The notes under the pieces are model-generated. The model was not told the origin of the DNA. It was given only the letters and a program-made list of their open reading frames with translations, and ran no database searches. A stretch of DNA of 32,000 nt, taken from contig NZ_JAGIOS010000001.1 of NCBI RefSeq assembly GCF_017876815.1, positions 1,470,001-1,502,000 on the forward strand. Direction: 5' to 3'. Of this stretch, positions 11,860 to 19,876 are shown one piece after another. The translations under genes and the position numbers were made by a program. Every line of letters starts with the position of its first letter. The first letter of the stretch is position 1. The DNA is from Sinorhizobium meliloti (GTDB taxonomy: Bacteria; Pseudomonadota; Alphaproteobacteria; Rhizobiales; Rhizobiaceae).

Positions 11860-12234
11860 TTATTCCGCGGCTGCTTCCGAAGCTGCAGCGGCTGCTTCTT
11901 CGGCCTTCTGCTTGGCTTCAGCGGCACGTTCCTGTGCCTTCTTGCCGGGCTGCGCCTTGGTCGGGTTGTTGCGGGCCGGGCGCTTGGCAAGGCCGGCCTG
12001 GTCGAGGAAGCGCATTACGCGGTCGGTCGGCTGGGCGCCTTGGGCGATCCAGTGCTGAACGCGCTCGGCGTTCAGTTCGATGCGCTTTTCGTCGTCCTTG
12101 GCAAGCATCGGGTTCCAGGAGCCGAGCTTTTCAAGGAAGCGGCCGTCACGCGGGCTGCGCGCGTCGGCAACGACGATCTGGTAATAGGGACGCTTCTTGG
12201 AACCGCCGCGGGCGAGACGAATTTTCAGTGCCAT
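11860..12234 (-). CDS. rpsP: 30S ribosomal protein S16 with an Ala/Glu/Lys-rich C-terminal extension
   Basis: [33 protein letters not shown] is a canonical S16 N-terminus. The protein is 124 aa with a tail ending ...[14 protein letters not shown]. Confidence 0.93.
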   Translation of the reverse strand: MALKIRLARGGSKKRPYYQIVVADARSPRDGRFLEKLGSWNPMLAKDDEKRIELNAERVQHWIAQGAQPTDRVMRFLDQAGLAKRPARNNPTKAQPGKKAQERAAEAKQKAEEAAAAASEAAAE

Positions 12235-12272
12235 TTCAATTTACTCCTTGCAGGCTTTCTTGACCGCTTGAC

Positions 12273-12608
12273 TCAAGCGGAATGGGTGGTGCCGGCGCTG
12301 CCCGCGTTCTGCGAGCAATCGGCGGCGATGGCTTCATGATGCCGGATGACTTCCTTGATGATGAAGTTCAGGAACTTCTCGGCGAAATCCGGATCCAGAT
12401 TGGCGTCTTTCGCCAGGTGGCGGAGGCGTTCGATCTGGTATTCTTCGCGCGCCGGATCGGCCGGCGGCAGCTGGTGCTTGGCCTTGAGCACGCCAACCGC
12501 CTTGGTGCAGCGGAAGCGTTCGGCCAGCATGTGGACGAGCGCGGCATCGATATTGTCGATCGACTGCCGGTAGCTCGCCAATTCCTCTTTGATCTCGGGA
12601 TCAAGCAT
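12273..12608 (-). CDS. Monofunctional AroQ-type chorismate mutase
   Basis: 111 aa with the motif LASYRQSIDNIDAALVHMLAERFRCTKAVGVLK, typical of CM_2 domains. It sits between ffh (12-nt gap) and rpsP. Confidence 0.8.
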   Translation of the reverse strand: MLDPEIKEELASYRQSIDNIDAALVHMLAERFRCTKAVGVLKAKHQLPPADPAREEYQIERLRHLAKDANLDPDFAEKFLNFIIKEVIRHHEAIAADCSQNAGSAGTTHSA

Positions 12609-12620
12609 TCGTCGCGATCC

Positions 12621-14162
12621 TCACTTCTTCTTCGGTAGGCCGGGGAGGCCGGGGAAACCGCCGCCCAGACCGGGCAAACCACCGCCAAGACCAGGCAGGC
12701 CGCCGCCGGGCTTGCCGAGACCCGCGGCCTCGGCCTGCTTCTGCAGGGCCTCGAGCTGCTTCGGATCCATCTTCGAGAGATCGGGCATTCCGCCGCTTAA
12801 ACCCCCGAGACCCATCTTGCCGGCGAGGCCGCCCATCATCTGCTTCATCATGCCGCCTTTGCCCTTGCCGCCCATCATCTTCATCATGTCCGCCATCTGG
12901 CGGTGCATTTTCAGAAGCTTGTTGATGTCGGAGGCATCGGTGCCGGAGCCGCTGGCGATGCGCTTCTTGCGCGAATGCTTGAGAATATCCGGATTGGCGC
13001 GCTCCGCCCTGGTCATCGAGGAGATGATCGCGAGCTGGCGCTTGAAGAGCGAGTCATCCAGGCCGGCGGCGGACATCTTGTCCTTCATGCCGGCCATACC
13101 GGGCATCAGACCCATGATGCCGCCCATGCCGCCCATCTTCTGCATTTGCTGCAGCTGATCGGCGAGGTCGTTGAGGTCGAACTTGCCCTTGGCCATCTTG
13201 GCGGCCATGGCGGCCGCCTTTTCGGCGTCGATATTCTCCGCCGCCTTCTCGACGAGCGAGACGATGTCGCCCATGCCGAGGATGCGGTCGGCGACGCGGC
13301 GGGGATGGAACTCCTCGAGTTCGTCCATCTTCTCGCCGACGCCGATGAGCTTGATCGGCTTGCCCGTGACGGCGCGCATGGAGAGCGCCGCACCGCCGCG
13401 GCCATCGCCGTCCATGCGGGTCAGCACCAGGCCGGTGATGCCGACGCGTTCGTCGAAGTTGCGGGCGAGGTTGACGGCGTCCTGTCCGGTCAGCGCATCG
13501 GCGACGAGCAGGATCTCATGCGGGTTGGATTTCCGCTTGATCTCCGCCATCTCGATCATCAGCGGCTCGTCGATATGGGTGCGGCCGGCGGTGTCGAGGA
13601 TGACGATGTCGTGGCCGCCGAGCTTGGCCGCCTGCACGGCACGTGCGGCAATGTCGGTCGGCGACTGGCCGGCGATGACCGGAAGCGTATCGACGCCGGT
13701 CTGCACGCCGAGCTGGCGCAACTGTTCCTGCGCGGCCGGGCGGCGGGTATCGAGCGAGGCCATCAGGACCTTCTTCTTGTCCCGCGCGGTCAGCCGCTTG
13801 GCGATCTTGCCGGTCGTCGTCGTCTTGCCCGAGCCCTGCAGGCCGACCATCATGATGACGACCGGAGCCGCCGCATTGAGATCGATCGTCACGCCCTCGG
13901 AGCCGAGCATCGCTATGAGCTCGTCATGAACGATCTTGACGACCATCTGGCCGGGCTTGATCGACTTTACGATTTCGGCGCCGACCGCCTTTTCGCGAAC
14001 CTTCTCCGTGAAGGACCGCACCACGTCGAGCGCCACGTCCGCTTCGAGCAGCGCACGGCGAACCTCCCGAAGCGCTGCGGAAACATCGGCTTCCGACAGG
14101 GCGCCGCGGCCGGTCAGTCCATTCAATATGGAACCAAGACGGTCCTGGAGGCTCTCGAACAT
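12621..14162 (-). CDS. ffh: Signal recognition particle protein Ffh
   Basis: MFESLQDRLGSIL..., an NG domain with GLQGSGKTTT and DTAGR, and a Met-rich M domain, followed by a Gly/Pro-rich tail ending in KKK. The ATG at 14162 follows AAGGAAGAG; the track ORF extends to 14270. Confidence 0.93.
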   Translation of the reverse strand: MFESLQDRLGSILNGLTGRGALSEADVSAALREVRRALLEADVALDVVRSFTEKVREKAVGAEIVKSIKPGQMVVKIVHDELIAMLGSEGVTIDLNAAAPVVIMMVGLQGSGKTTTTGKIAKRLTARDKKKVLMASLDTRRPAAQEQLRQLGVQTGVDTLPVIAGQSPTDIAARAVQAAKLGGHDIVILDTAGRTHIDEPLMIEMAEIKRKSNPHEILLVADALTGQDAVNLARNFDERVGITGLVLTRMDGDGRGGAALSMRAVTGKPIKLIGVGEKMDELEEFHPRRVADRILGMGDIVSLVEKAAENIDAEKAAAMAAKMAKGKFDLNDLADQLQQMQKMGGMGGIMGLMPGMAGMKDKMSAAGLDDSLFKRQLAIISSMTRAERANPDILKHSRKKRIASGSGTDASDINKLLKMHRQMADMMKMMGGKGKGGMMKQMMGGLAGKMGLGGLSGGMPDLSKMDPKQLEALQKQAEAAGLGKPGGGLPGLGGGLPGLGGGFPGLPGLPKKK

Positions 14163-14249
14163 ATTCTCTTCCTTCTTGTCTCCGGATTGCGATAGGTCGG
14201 CTCGTCCGGAAACGTGGGTCCCTTCGCGCGGAAAACAAGGCGCAAAGCC

Positions 14250-14362
14250 AAAAACCACCCGAGGGCGCAACGCGCTGTCGGGTGTTGACCTCCGGGCTCT
14301 CTTTATACCTTTGCGGGGCCCGGTCGGTGGCTTCGGAAGTCATCACTTGCGAAGGAATTCGT
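14250..14362 (-). ncRNA. Candidate ~110-nt sRNA or ffh leader/attenuator transcript
   Basis: It is bounded by a predicted sigma70-type promoter (next feature) and a minus-strand intrinsic terminator, CACCCGA-CAGCGCGTTGCGCCC-TCGGGTG followed by GTTTTTGG (14250-14284). An internal CCGGGC...GCCCGG hairpin is present and there is no credible ORF. Confidence 0.35.
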
Positions 14363-14366
14363 CGCG

Positions 14367-14395
14367 ATAAACAGGAAACCGGAAGAAAAGTCAAG
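14367..14395 (-). promoter_or_regulatory. Predicted sigma70-type promoter (CTTGAC-N17-GTTTAT) reading toward ffh
   Basis: The minus strand reads cgatCCTTGAC-ttttcttccggtttcct-GTTTATcgcgac. The -35 is a perfect match to the rhizobial CTTGAC consensus as I recall it, the spacer is exactly 17 nt, and the -10 matches CTATAT at 4 of 6 positions. Confidence 0.4.
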
Positions 14396-14561
14396 GATCG
14401 AGCACGCGCGACACTTCGAGGCGGTCCGCCCGGTCATGCAATTGCGCCTCGCGCTCCGGCAGCTGGAAAGGCGGCACTGGTAATTTCCGGGCTTTTCCGC
14501 CATATACAGCCCGAATGAAGGGCGCCTCCCGATCGGGGGCCAGGGTTTGGACCAGCGCGAC

Positions 14562-15467
14562 ATGGGCGATCAGGTGCAATTTGCCAGGATGAACGGGCTT
14601 GGAAACAAGATCCTGGTGGTGGACATGCGCGGGCGCAAGGATCGCGTGACGCCTCAGGCAGCGATCGCGCTCAATGCCGACCCGGCGACCGAGTTCGACC
14701 AGATCATGGCGATCCATGACCCGAAGTCCGCCGGCACCGATGCCTGGATAGACATCGTCAATTCCGACGGGTCGATGGCCCAGGCCTGCGGCAACGGCAC
14801 CCGATGCGTCGTGCAGGCGCTTGCGGCCGAGACCGGCAGGAAAGCCTTCCTGTTCCATACGGTCGCGGGACTTCTCGAAGCGAAGGAACACGACAACGGC
14901 ACGATCTCGGTCGATATGGGAAAGCCGCGTTTCGGCTGGGACCAGATCCCGCTCGCGGAGGAATTCCACGACACGCGGCGCATCGAGCTGCAGATCGGGC
15001 CGATCGATGCGCCCGTGCTGCATTCCCCCTCGGTCGCATCCATGGGCAATCCGCATGCGATCTTCTGGGTCGAGAACGATGTGTGGAGCTACGAGCTGGA
15101 CCGGTTCGGACCACTCCTCGAGAACCATCCGATCTTCCCCGAGCGCGCCAACATCTCGATCGCCCGCATCCGCTCCCGCCAGGAGATGGACCTTAGGACC
15201 TGGGAACGCGGCGCCGGCCTGACGCTTGCCTGCGGTTCGGCCGCCTGTGCCGCCGCCGTCAACGGCGCGAGAACCGGCCGGACCGAGCGGATGGTTACCG
15301 TGAACGTGCCCGGCGGTCCGCTCAAGATCGAATGGCGCGAGCGCGACGACCACGTCATCATGACCGGGCCGGCCGAATGGGAATGGTCCGGCACCGTCGA
15401 TCCCGTCACCGGCATCTTTGCACGCAACGAGCCGGAGAGCGGCGACAACGGAGCGAGAGCCCTTTGA
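14562..15467 (+). CDS. dapF: Diaminopimelate epimerase
   Basis: [15 protein letters not shown], the active-site Cys motifs ACGNGTRC and ACGSAACA, about 301 aa. I prefer the ATG at 14562 over the TTG at 14547. Confidence 0.9.
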   Translation: MGDQVQFARMNGLGNKILVVDMRGRKDRVTPQAAIALNADPATEFDQIMAIHDPKSAGTDAWIDIVNSDGSMAQACGNGTRCVVQALAAETGRKAFLFHTVAGLLEAKEHDNGTISVDMGKPRFGWDQIPLAEEFHDTRRIELQIGPIDAPVLHSPSVASMGNPHAIFWVENDVWSYELDRFGPLLENHPIFPERANISIARIRSRQEMDLRTWERGAGLTLACGSAACAAAVNGARTGRTERMVTVNVPGGPLKIEWRERDDHVIMTGPAEWEWSGTVDPVTGIFARNEPESGDNGARAL

Positions 15468-16738
15468 GCGGCGTCGAGGTCATAACCTTCGGCTGCCGCC
15501 TCAACACCTATGAATCGGAAGTGATGCGGGCGGAGGCCGAAAAGGCGGGGCTGAACAACGCCGTCCTCGTCAACACCTGCGCCGTCACCGCCGAGGCCGT
15601 GCGCCAGGCGCGCCAGGCGATCCGCCGCGCGCGGCGCGAAAATCCGCACGCCCGTATCATCGTCACCGGCTGCGCCGCCCAGACCGAGAAGGAAACTTTC
15701 GCCGAAATGGCAGAGGTGGACGCGGTGCTCGGCAACGAGGAGAAGCTCGCAAGCGTTTCCTATCGCTCGCTGCCGGACTTCGGCGTCTCGGCCGAGGAGA
15801 AACTCCGTGTCAACGACATCATGAGCGTGCGCGCCACCGCACCGCAGATGGTGAAGCACATCGACGGGCACGTGCGCGCCTTCATCCAGGTGCAGAACGG
15901 TTGCGACCACCGCTGCACCTTCTGCATCATTCCCTATGGCCGCGGCAATTCGCGCTCCGTGCCGATGGGCGCCGTCGTGGACCAGGCGAGACGCCTTGCC
16001 GAAAGCGGCTATCGCGAGATCGTTCTGACCGGAGTCGATGCCACGAGCTACGGCGCCGATCTGCCCGGAACGCCGACCCTCGGGCTTCTCGCGAAGACCT
16101 TGCTGAAACAGGTGCCGGAAATCCTCCGCCTGCGGCTTTCCTCCATAGACAGCATCGAGGCGGACGGCCACCTCCTCGACCTCATCGCCGAGGAGCCGCG
16201 CTTCATGCCGCACCTGCATCTTTCGCTGCAGCACGGCGACGACCTGATCCTGAAGCGCATGAAGCGGCGGCATTCGAGCGCCGATGCGCGTGCCTTCTGC
16301 GACGAGGTCCGGCGCCTGCGCCCCGGGATCAGCCTAGGTGCGGACATGATCGCCGGATTTCCGACCGAGACCGAGCCGATGTTCGAGAATGCCATGCGGC
16401 TCGCCGAGGATTGCGGCATCGCGCATCTTCACGTCTTCCCCTACAGCCCGCGCCCCGGCACCCCGGCCGCCCGCATGCCGCAACTCGACCGCGCGCTTGT
16501 CAAGGAGCGTGCCGCGCGCCTGCGTGCGAAGGGGGCGGAGCTTCATGCGGGCCACCTCGAGGGCATGATCGGCAGCAGCCAGACGATCCTGGTGGAGATG
16601 AACGGTCTGGCACATACGGAAAACTTCACGCTCGTAGACGCGGCCGGCCTTGAGCCGCGGTCGCTTGTTGCAGTCGGAATCACCGGCCACAATGGCAAGC
16701 ATTTGACGATCGAGCGCAAACAGATGGCTGCGGCCTGA
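15464..16738 (+). CDS. mtaB: Radical-SAM methylthiotransferase, MtaB-like (tRNA ms2t6A37)
   Basis: UPF0004 N-domain ([13 protein letters not shown]), radical SAM CxxxCxxC ([11 protein letters not shown]) and a TRAM-like C-terminus. The proposed TTG start at 15464 overlaps the dapF stop (TTTGA). The track ORF from 15332 lies inside dapF. Confidence 0.82.
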   Translation: MSGVEVITFGCRLNTYESEVMRAEAEKAGLNNAVLVNTCAVTAEAVRQARQAIRRARRENPHARIIVTGCAAQTEKETFAEMAEVDAVLGNEEKLASVSYRSLPDFGVSAEEKLRVNDIMSVRATAPQMVKHIDGHVRAFIQVQNGCDHRCTFCIIPYGRGNSRSVPMGAVVDQARRLAESGYREIVLTGVDATSYGADLPGTPTLGLLAKTLLKQVPEILRLRLSSIDSIEADGHLLDLIAEEPRFMPHLHLSLQHGDDLILKRMKRRHSSADARAFCDEVRRLRPGISLGADMIAGFPTETEPMFENAMRLAEDCGIAHLHVFPYSPRPGTPAARMPQLDRALVKERAARLRAKGAELHAGHLEGMIGSSQTILVEMNGLAHTENFTLVDAAGLEPRSLVAVGITGHNGKHLTIERKQMAAA

Positions 16739-16752
16739 TAGCGGACATTCCC

Positions 16753-18399
16753 ATGGCGATTGGTTTCATCAAGAAGATCTTCTCCTTCGGCAAGGATGCC
16801 GTCGAAGAGAAACCGGCGCCGCCGCAGGAGACGGCCGTTTCCGATGAGGTCGCGGTAAACCCCTCCGTCCCTTCGGGAGAACAGGGCGGGACCCAGGCAC
16901 CCGTCGAGGAAAATCGTAGCGCAGCCGAGGCAACGGAAGCTGGCACAGACGATCGCGATGTTTCCCTCGAGCCAAGCACGCCGACGAGCGAAACCACGAG
17001 CGAGGAAGCACCTGCGAGCACTGCTCCCGCCGCGGATGAAAACACCGTGGAGGAGGACGAGAGCGTCCCGCACCCGATCTCCCCCCCTGCGGGGGAGATG
17101 CCCGGCAGGGCAGAAGGGGATGAACCTCCTTCCGAACACCCAACGACTGTCGATGAGCTCTCGGCACCCCCCTCTGTCCCTTCGGGACATCTCCCCCTTA
17201 AGGGGGGAGAGCAGGAGGAGCGCGAAGCCGCCGTCGCAGCCGACGTCGAAGAGGTGGTGATTGACGTAGACGACCGGGGCGCTGGCTCTTCGGCAGATGA
17301 AAAGGCGGCGTCGGAGGACGAGAGCAATCCTCCTCCAATCTCCCCACTTGAGGGGGAGATGCCCGGCAGGGCAGAGGGGGGCGAGCCTCCATCCGAGCCC
17401 CTCGCACCCAGCCTTCCCAAAGGCTTCGCCGCTGCCGAGAGGCGCCCCAGGGAAGAAGGACCCGCCCCGCAAGCCAAGCTCAACTGGTACCAGCGCCTTC
17501 GCCTGGGCCTTGCGCGCACCTCGTCGCAACTCACCGGCCAGATCGCCAGCCTCTTCACCAAGCGCAAGCTCGACGAGGCGACGCTGCAGGATCTCGAGGA
17601 CCTGTTGATCCAGGCGGACCTCGGCGTCGAGACGGCGATGCGCATCACCGACACGCTCGCCTCGGAGCGCTATGGCAAGGATGTGTCCGGCGAGGACGTT
17701 TCGCGCATCATGGCCGGCGAGATCACCAAGGTGCTGGCGCCGGTCGCCAGGCCGCTGGAACTCGATCTCAGCCACAAGCCGCACGTGATTCTCGTCGTCG
17801 GCGTCAACGGAACCGGCAAGACGACGACGATCGGCAAGCTGGCGGCAAAGCTTTCCGGCGCGGGACTCAAAGTCATGCTGGCCGCCGGCGATACTTTCCG
17901 AGCTGCGGCGATTGAGCAGCTGAAGATCTGGGCCGAACGGACGAAATCCGAAATCGTCTCCTCGAAGCTCGGCGCCGATGCGGCGGGGCTTGCCTACGAG
18001 GCGTTCCAGCGTGCCCGCGAGCAGAAGGCGGACGTACTGATCATCGACACCGCCGGGCGGCTGCAGAACAAGGCCGAACTGATGGCGGAGCTCGAAAAGA
18101 TCGTGCGCGTTCTCGGAAAACTCGATCCGGACGCGCCGCATACGGTGCTGCAGACGCTCGACGCGACGACCGGGCAGAACGCCCTGCAGCAGGTCGAGAT
18201 ATTCCGCAACGTCGCCGGCGTCAGCGGCTTGATCATGACCAAGCTGGACGGCACGGCACGCGGCGGCATTCTGGTGGCGATCTCCGCCAAGCACAAGCTG
18301 CCGGTCTATTTCATCGGCGTCGGCGAAGGGATCGACGACCTCGAACCGTTCGAAGCCAAGGAATTCGCCGAGGCGATCGCCGGTGTTGCGGCTCCTTGA
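16753..18399 (+). CDS. ftsY: Signal recognition particle receptor FtsY with a long acidic, repeat-containing A domain
   Basis: N-terminal MAIGFIKKIFSFGK membrane-targeting helix, an acidic region of about 240 aa, then an NG domain (GVNGTGKTTTIGKLA, DTAGR, TKLDG). Confidence 0.93.
   Translation: MAIGFIKKIFSFGKDAVEEKPAPPQETAVSDEVAVNPSVPSGEQGGTQAPVEENRSAAEATEAGTDDRDVSLEPSTPTSETTSEEAPASTAPAADENTVEEDESVPHPISPPAGEMPGRAEGDEPPSEHPTTVDELSAPPSVPSGHLPLKGGEQEEREAAVAADVEEVVIDVDDRGAGSSADEKAASEDESNPPPISPLEGEMPGRAEGGEPPSEPLAPSLPKGFAAAERRPREEGPAPQAKLNWYQRLRLGLARTSSQLTGQIASLFTKRKLDEATLQDLEDLLIQADLGVETAMRITDTLASERYGKDVSGEDVSRIMAGEITKVLAPVARPLELDLSHKPHVILVVGVNGTGKTTTIGKLAAKLSGAGLKVMLAAGDTFRAAAIEQLKIWAERTKSEIVSSKLGADAAGLAYEAFQRAREQKADVLIIDTAGRLQNKAELMAELEKIVRVLGKLDPDAPHTVLQTLDATTGQNALQQVEIFRNVAGVSGLIMTKLDGTARGGILVAISAKHKLPVYFIGVGEGIDDLEPFEAKEFAEAIAGVAAP
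17077..17120 (+). repeat. GC-rich hairpin repeat copy 1 inside the ftsY coding sequence
   Basis: ATCTCCCCC-cctgc-GGGGGAGAT (9-bp perfect stem) followed by GCCCGGCAGGGCAGAAGGGGA. It is translated in frame as ISPPAGEMPGRAEGD. Confidence 0.8.
17165..17210 (-). repeat. GC-rich hairpin repeat copy 2 (inverted orientation) inside ftsY
   Basis: Its reverse complement, TCTCCCCCCTTAAGGGGGAGATGTCCCGAAGGGACAGAGGGGGGTG, aligns with copies 1 and 3. It is translated in frame as PPSVPSGHLPLKGGE. Confidence 0.75.
17338..17381 (+). repeat. GC-rich hairpin repeat copy 3 inside ftsY
   Basis: ATCTCCCC-acttga-GGGGAGAT followed by GCCCGGCAGGGCAGAGGGGGG. It is translated as ISPLEGEMPGRAEGG and lies 261 bp (87 codons) after copy 1, with similar flanks. 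Confidence 0.8.
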
Positions 18400-18475
18400 C
18401 GAAGCGGGGGAGGTTTGCGTCAAAACCGCGGTTGATATGGTTTTGCCGCAATCCTGATGCTATGAGCGGCAGAAG

Positions 18476-19129
18476 ATGACAGAACAGGATCCGCACATGT
18501 CGACGATCGAGGCCGCCAAGCCGAAGACAGAGGTAAGCCCGCTGCTCAAGCTCGTGCTGGAACTCGGCCCCCTGATGGTCTTCTTCTTCGCCAATTCGCG
18601 GGGCGAGTGGCTGGCTGGCCGCTTTCCTGCGCTGGCCGAGCTCGGCGGGCCGATCTTCATAGCGACGGGCCTCTTCATGGCGGCAACGGCGGCGGCGCTG
18701 ATTGCTTCATGGATCATGACACGCACGCTGCCGATGATGCCGCTCGTCTCCGGTATCGTCGTCTTCGTCTTCGGCGCGCTGACGCTCTGGCTGCAGAACG
18801 ACACCTTCATCAAGATGAAGCCGACCATCGTCAACACGCTCTTCGGCGCGATCCTGCTCGGCGGGCTCCTGTTCGGCAAATCGCTGCTCGGCTACGTCTT
18901 CCACGCCGCCTTCAAGCTGGACGAGGAGGGATGGCGGAAGCTGACGATCCGCTGGGGTGTGTTCTTCCTGTTCCTCGCCGTGCTCAACGAGGTGATCTGG
19001 CGCTCCTTCTCGACGGATTTCTGGGTCGCCTTCAAGGTCTGGGGCACCATGCCGATCACCATCCTCTTCACGCTCGCCCAGATGCCGCTGATCATGAAGC
19101 ACTCGCTCGAACAGGATAGCGCGGAGTGA
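18476..19129 (+). CDS. yciB: Intracellular septation protein A (YciB/IspZ family)
   Basis: 217-aa inner-membrane protein with the motif [18 protein letters not shown] and five predicted TM segments. An alternative ATG lies 7 codons downstream. Confidence 0.85.
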   Translation: MTEQDPHMSTIEAAKPKTEVSPLLKLVLELGPLMVFFFANSRGEWLAGRFPALAELGGPIFIATGLFMAATAAALIASWIMTRTLPMMPLVSGIVVFVFGALTLWLQNDTFIKMKPTIVNTLFGAILLGGLLFGKSLLGYVFHAAFKLDEEGWRKLTIRWGVFFLFLAVLNEVIWRSFSTDFWVAFKVWGTMPITILFTLAQMPLIMKHSLEQDSAE

Positions 19130-19719
19130 CGATCGCGGCCGGCTCGCAGGACGACAAGCAGCGAAGAGCGGCGCTCTGGTTGCTTGCCTGCCTCGGCGTG
19201 CTGGCAATCCAGGTCCTCGTGCAGCATCTGATGGGGCGGCTATGGATCTGCGAATGCGGCTACATCAAGCTCTGGGAAGGCGTCGTCAAATCCAGCGGTA
19301 ACTCCCAACACCTTTCCGACTGGTACACGCCGTCCCATGTCATCCACGGCTTTCTCTTCTACGGCCTCGGTCACCTTCTCATGCGCGGCAAGCCCTGGAG
19401 CGCGCGCCTGCTTCTCGCAACCGTGATAGAGTCCGCCTGGGAGATCGCCGAGAACACGCCGATGGTAATCAACCGCTACCGCGCCGCGACGATCTCGCTC
19501 GATTATTTCGGCGACAGCATCCTGAATTCGGCCATGGATACGCTCGCCATGGCTGTCGGCTTCCTCATCGCTTCGCGGCTCCCGGTGGCAGCCACGGTCG
19601 CGATCGCCATCGTTCTCGAACTCTTCACCGGCTACATGGTGCGCGACAACCTGACGCTCAACGTGCTGATGCTGGTCTGGCCGCTCGATGCGGTGAAGGC
19701 ATGGCAGGCGGGGGTTTAG
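19126..19719 (+). CDS. DUF2585 / UPF0314 family membrane protein
   Basis: 197 aa containing [13 protein letters not shown]...[17 protein letters not shown], which I recall as the UPF0314 family. The GTG start overlaps the yciB stop (GTGA). Confidence 0.7.
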   Translation: MTIAAGSQDDKQRRAALWLLACLGVLAIQVLVQHLMGRLWICECGYIKLWEGVVKSSGNSQHLSDWYTPSHVIHGFLFYGLGHLLMRGKPWSARLLLATVIESAWEIAENTPMVINRYRAATISLDYFGDSILNSAMDTLAMAVGFLIASRLPVAATVAIAIVLELFTGYMVRDNLTLNVLMLVWPLDAVKAWQAGV

Positions 19720-19746
19720 ACTAACGGCTCCCTCTCTCCGGCATTT

Positions 19747-19868
19747 GCCCCTCGTCCGGCTGCCGCCACCTTCTCCCCGTTCAACGGGGAGAAGGGACAT
19801 GCGGGGCCGCCGCGAGTCTCCTTCGCCCTGCTTGCGGGGAGAAGGTGCCGGCAGGCCGGATGAGGGGC
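19747..19868. repeat. Composite REP/RIME-like palindromic element (two inverted modules)
   Basis: The left module is GCCCCTCGTCCGGCTGCCGCCACCTTCTCCCC plus a perfect 10-bp hairpin, CCTTCTCCCC/GGGGAGAAGG. The right module, GGGGAGAAGGTGCCGGCAGGCCGGATGAGGGGC, is its inverted copy. The element fills the spacer between the DUF2585 gene and ccmG. Confidence 0.8.
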
Positions 19869-19876
19869 AGCTGCGA

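Noticed and set aside
14372-14396. CAGGAAACCGGAAGAAAAGTCAAGG, which resembles the SRP (4.5S) RNA domain IV GGAA tetraloop region and lies next to ffh.
   Set aside because: It is on the plus strand, overlapping the predicted minus-strand promoter. The flanking helix cannot be formed (CC-GGAA-GA rather than CC-GGAA-GG), and there is no extended hairpin of SRP RNA length.
12903-16273. Long antisense or alternate-frame ORFs: 12903-14195 (+), 14391-15353 (-) and 15089-16273 (-). Similar cases are 7814-8773 (+), 5582-7132 (+), 25944-27038 (-) and 9528-10658 (+).
   Set aside because: Each overlaps a well-supported gene (ffh, dapF, mtaB, the SBP, the ABC-F gene, the DUF1223 gene, the TauE gene). None has recognisable motifs, and all show the Arg/Pro/Gly-rich bias expected of non-coding frames in GC-rich DNA.
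16543-18423. A 626-aa ORF antisense to ftsY.
   Set aside because: It fully overlaps a confidently identified gene on the other strand. Its composition is Arg/Gly/Leu-rich and it has no recognisable domain. This is a typical stop-codon-poor antisense frame in a high-GC genome.
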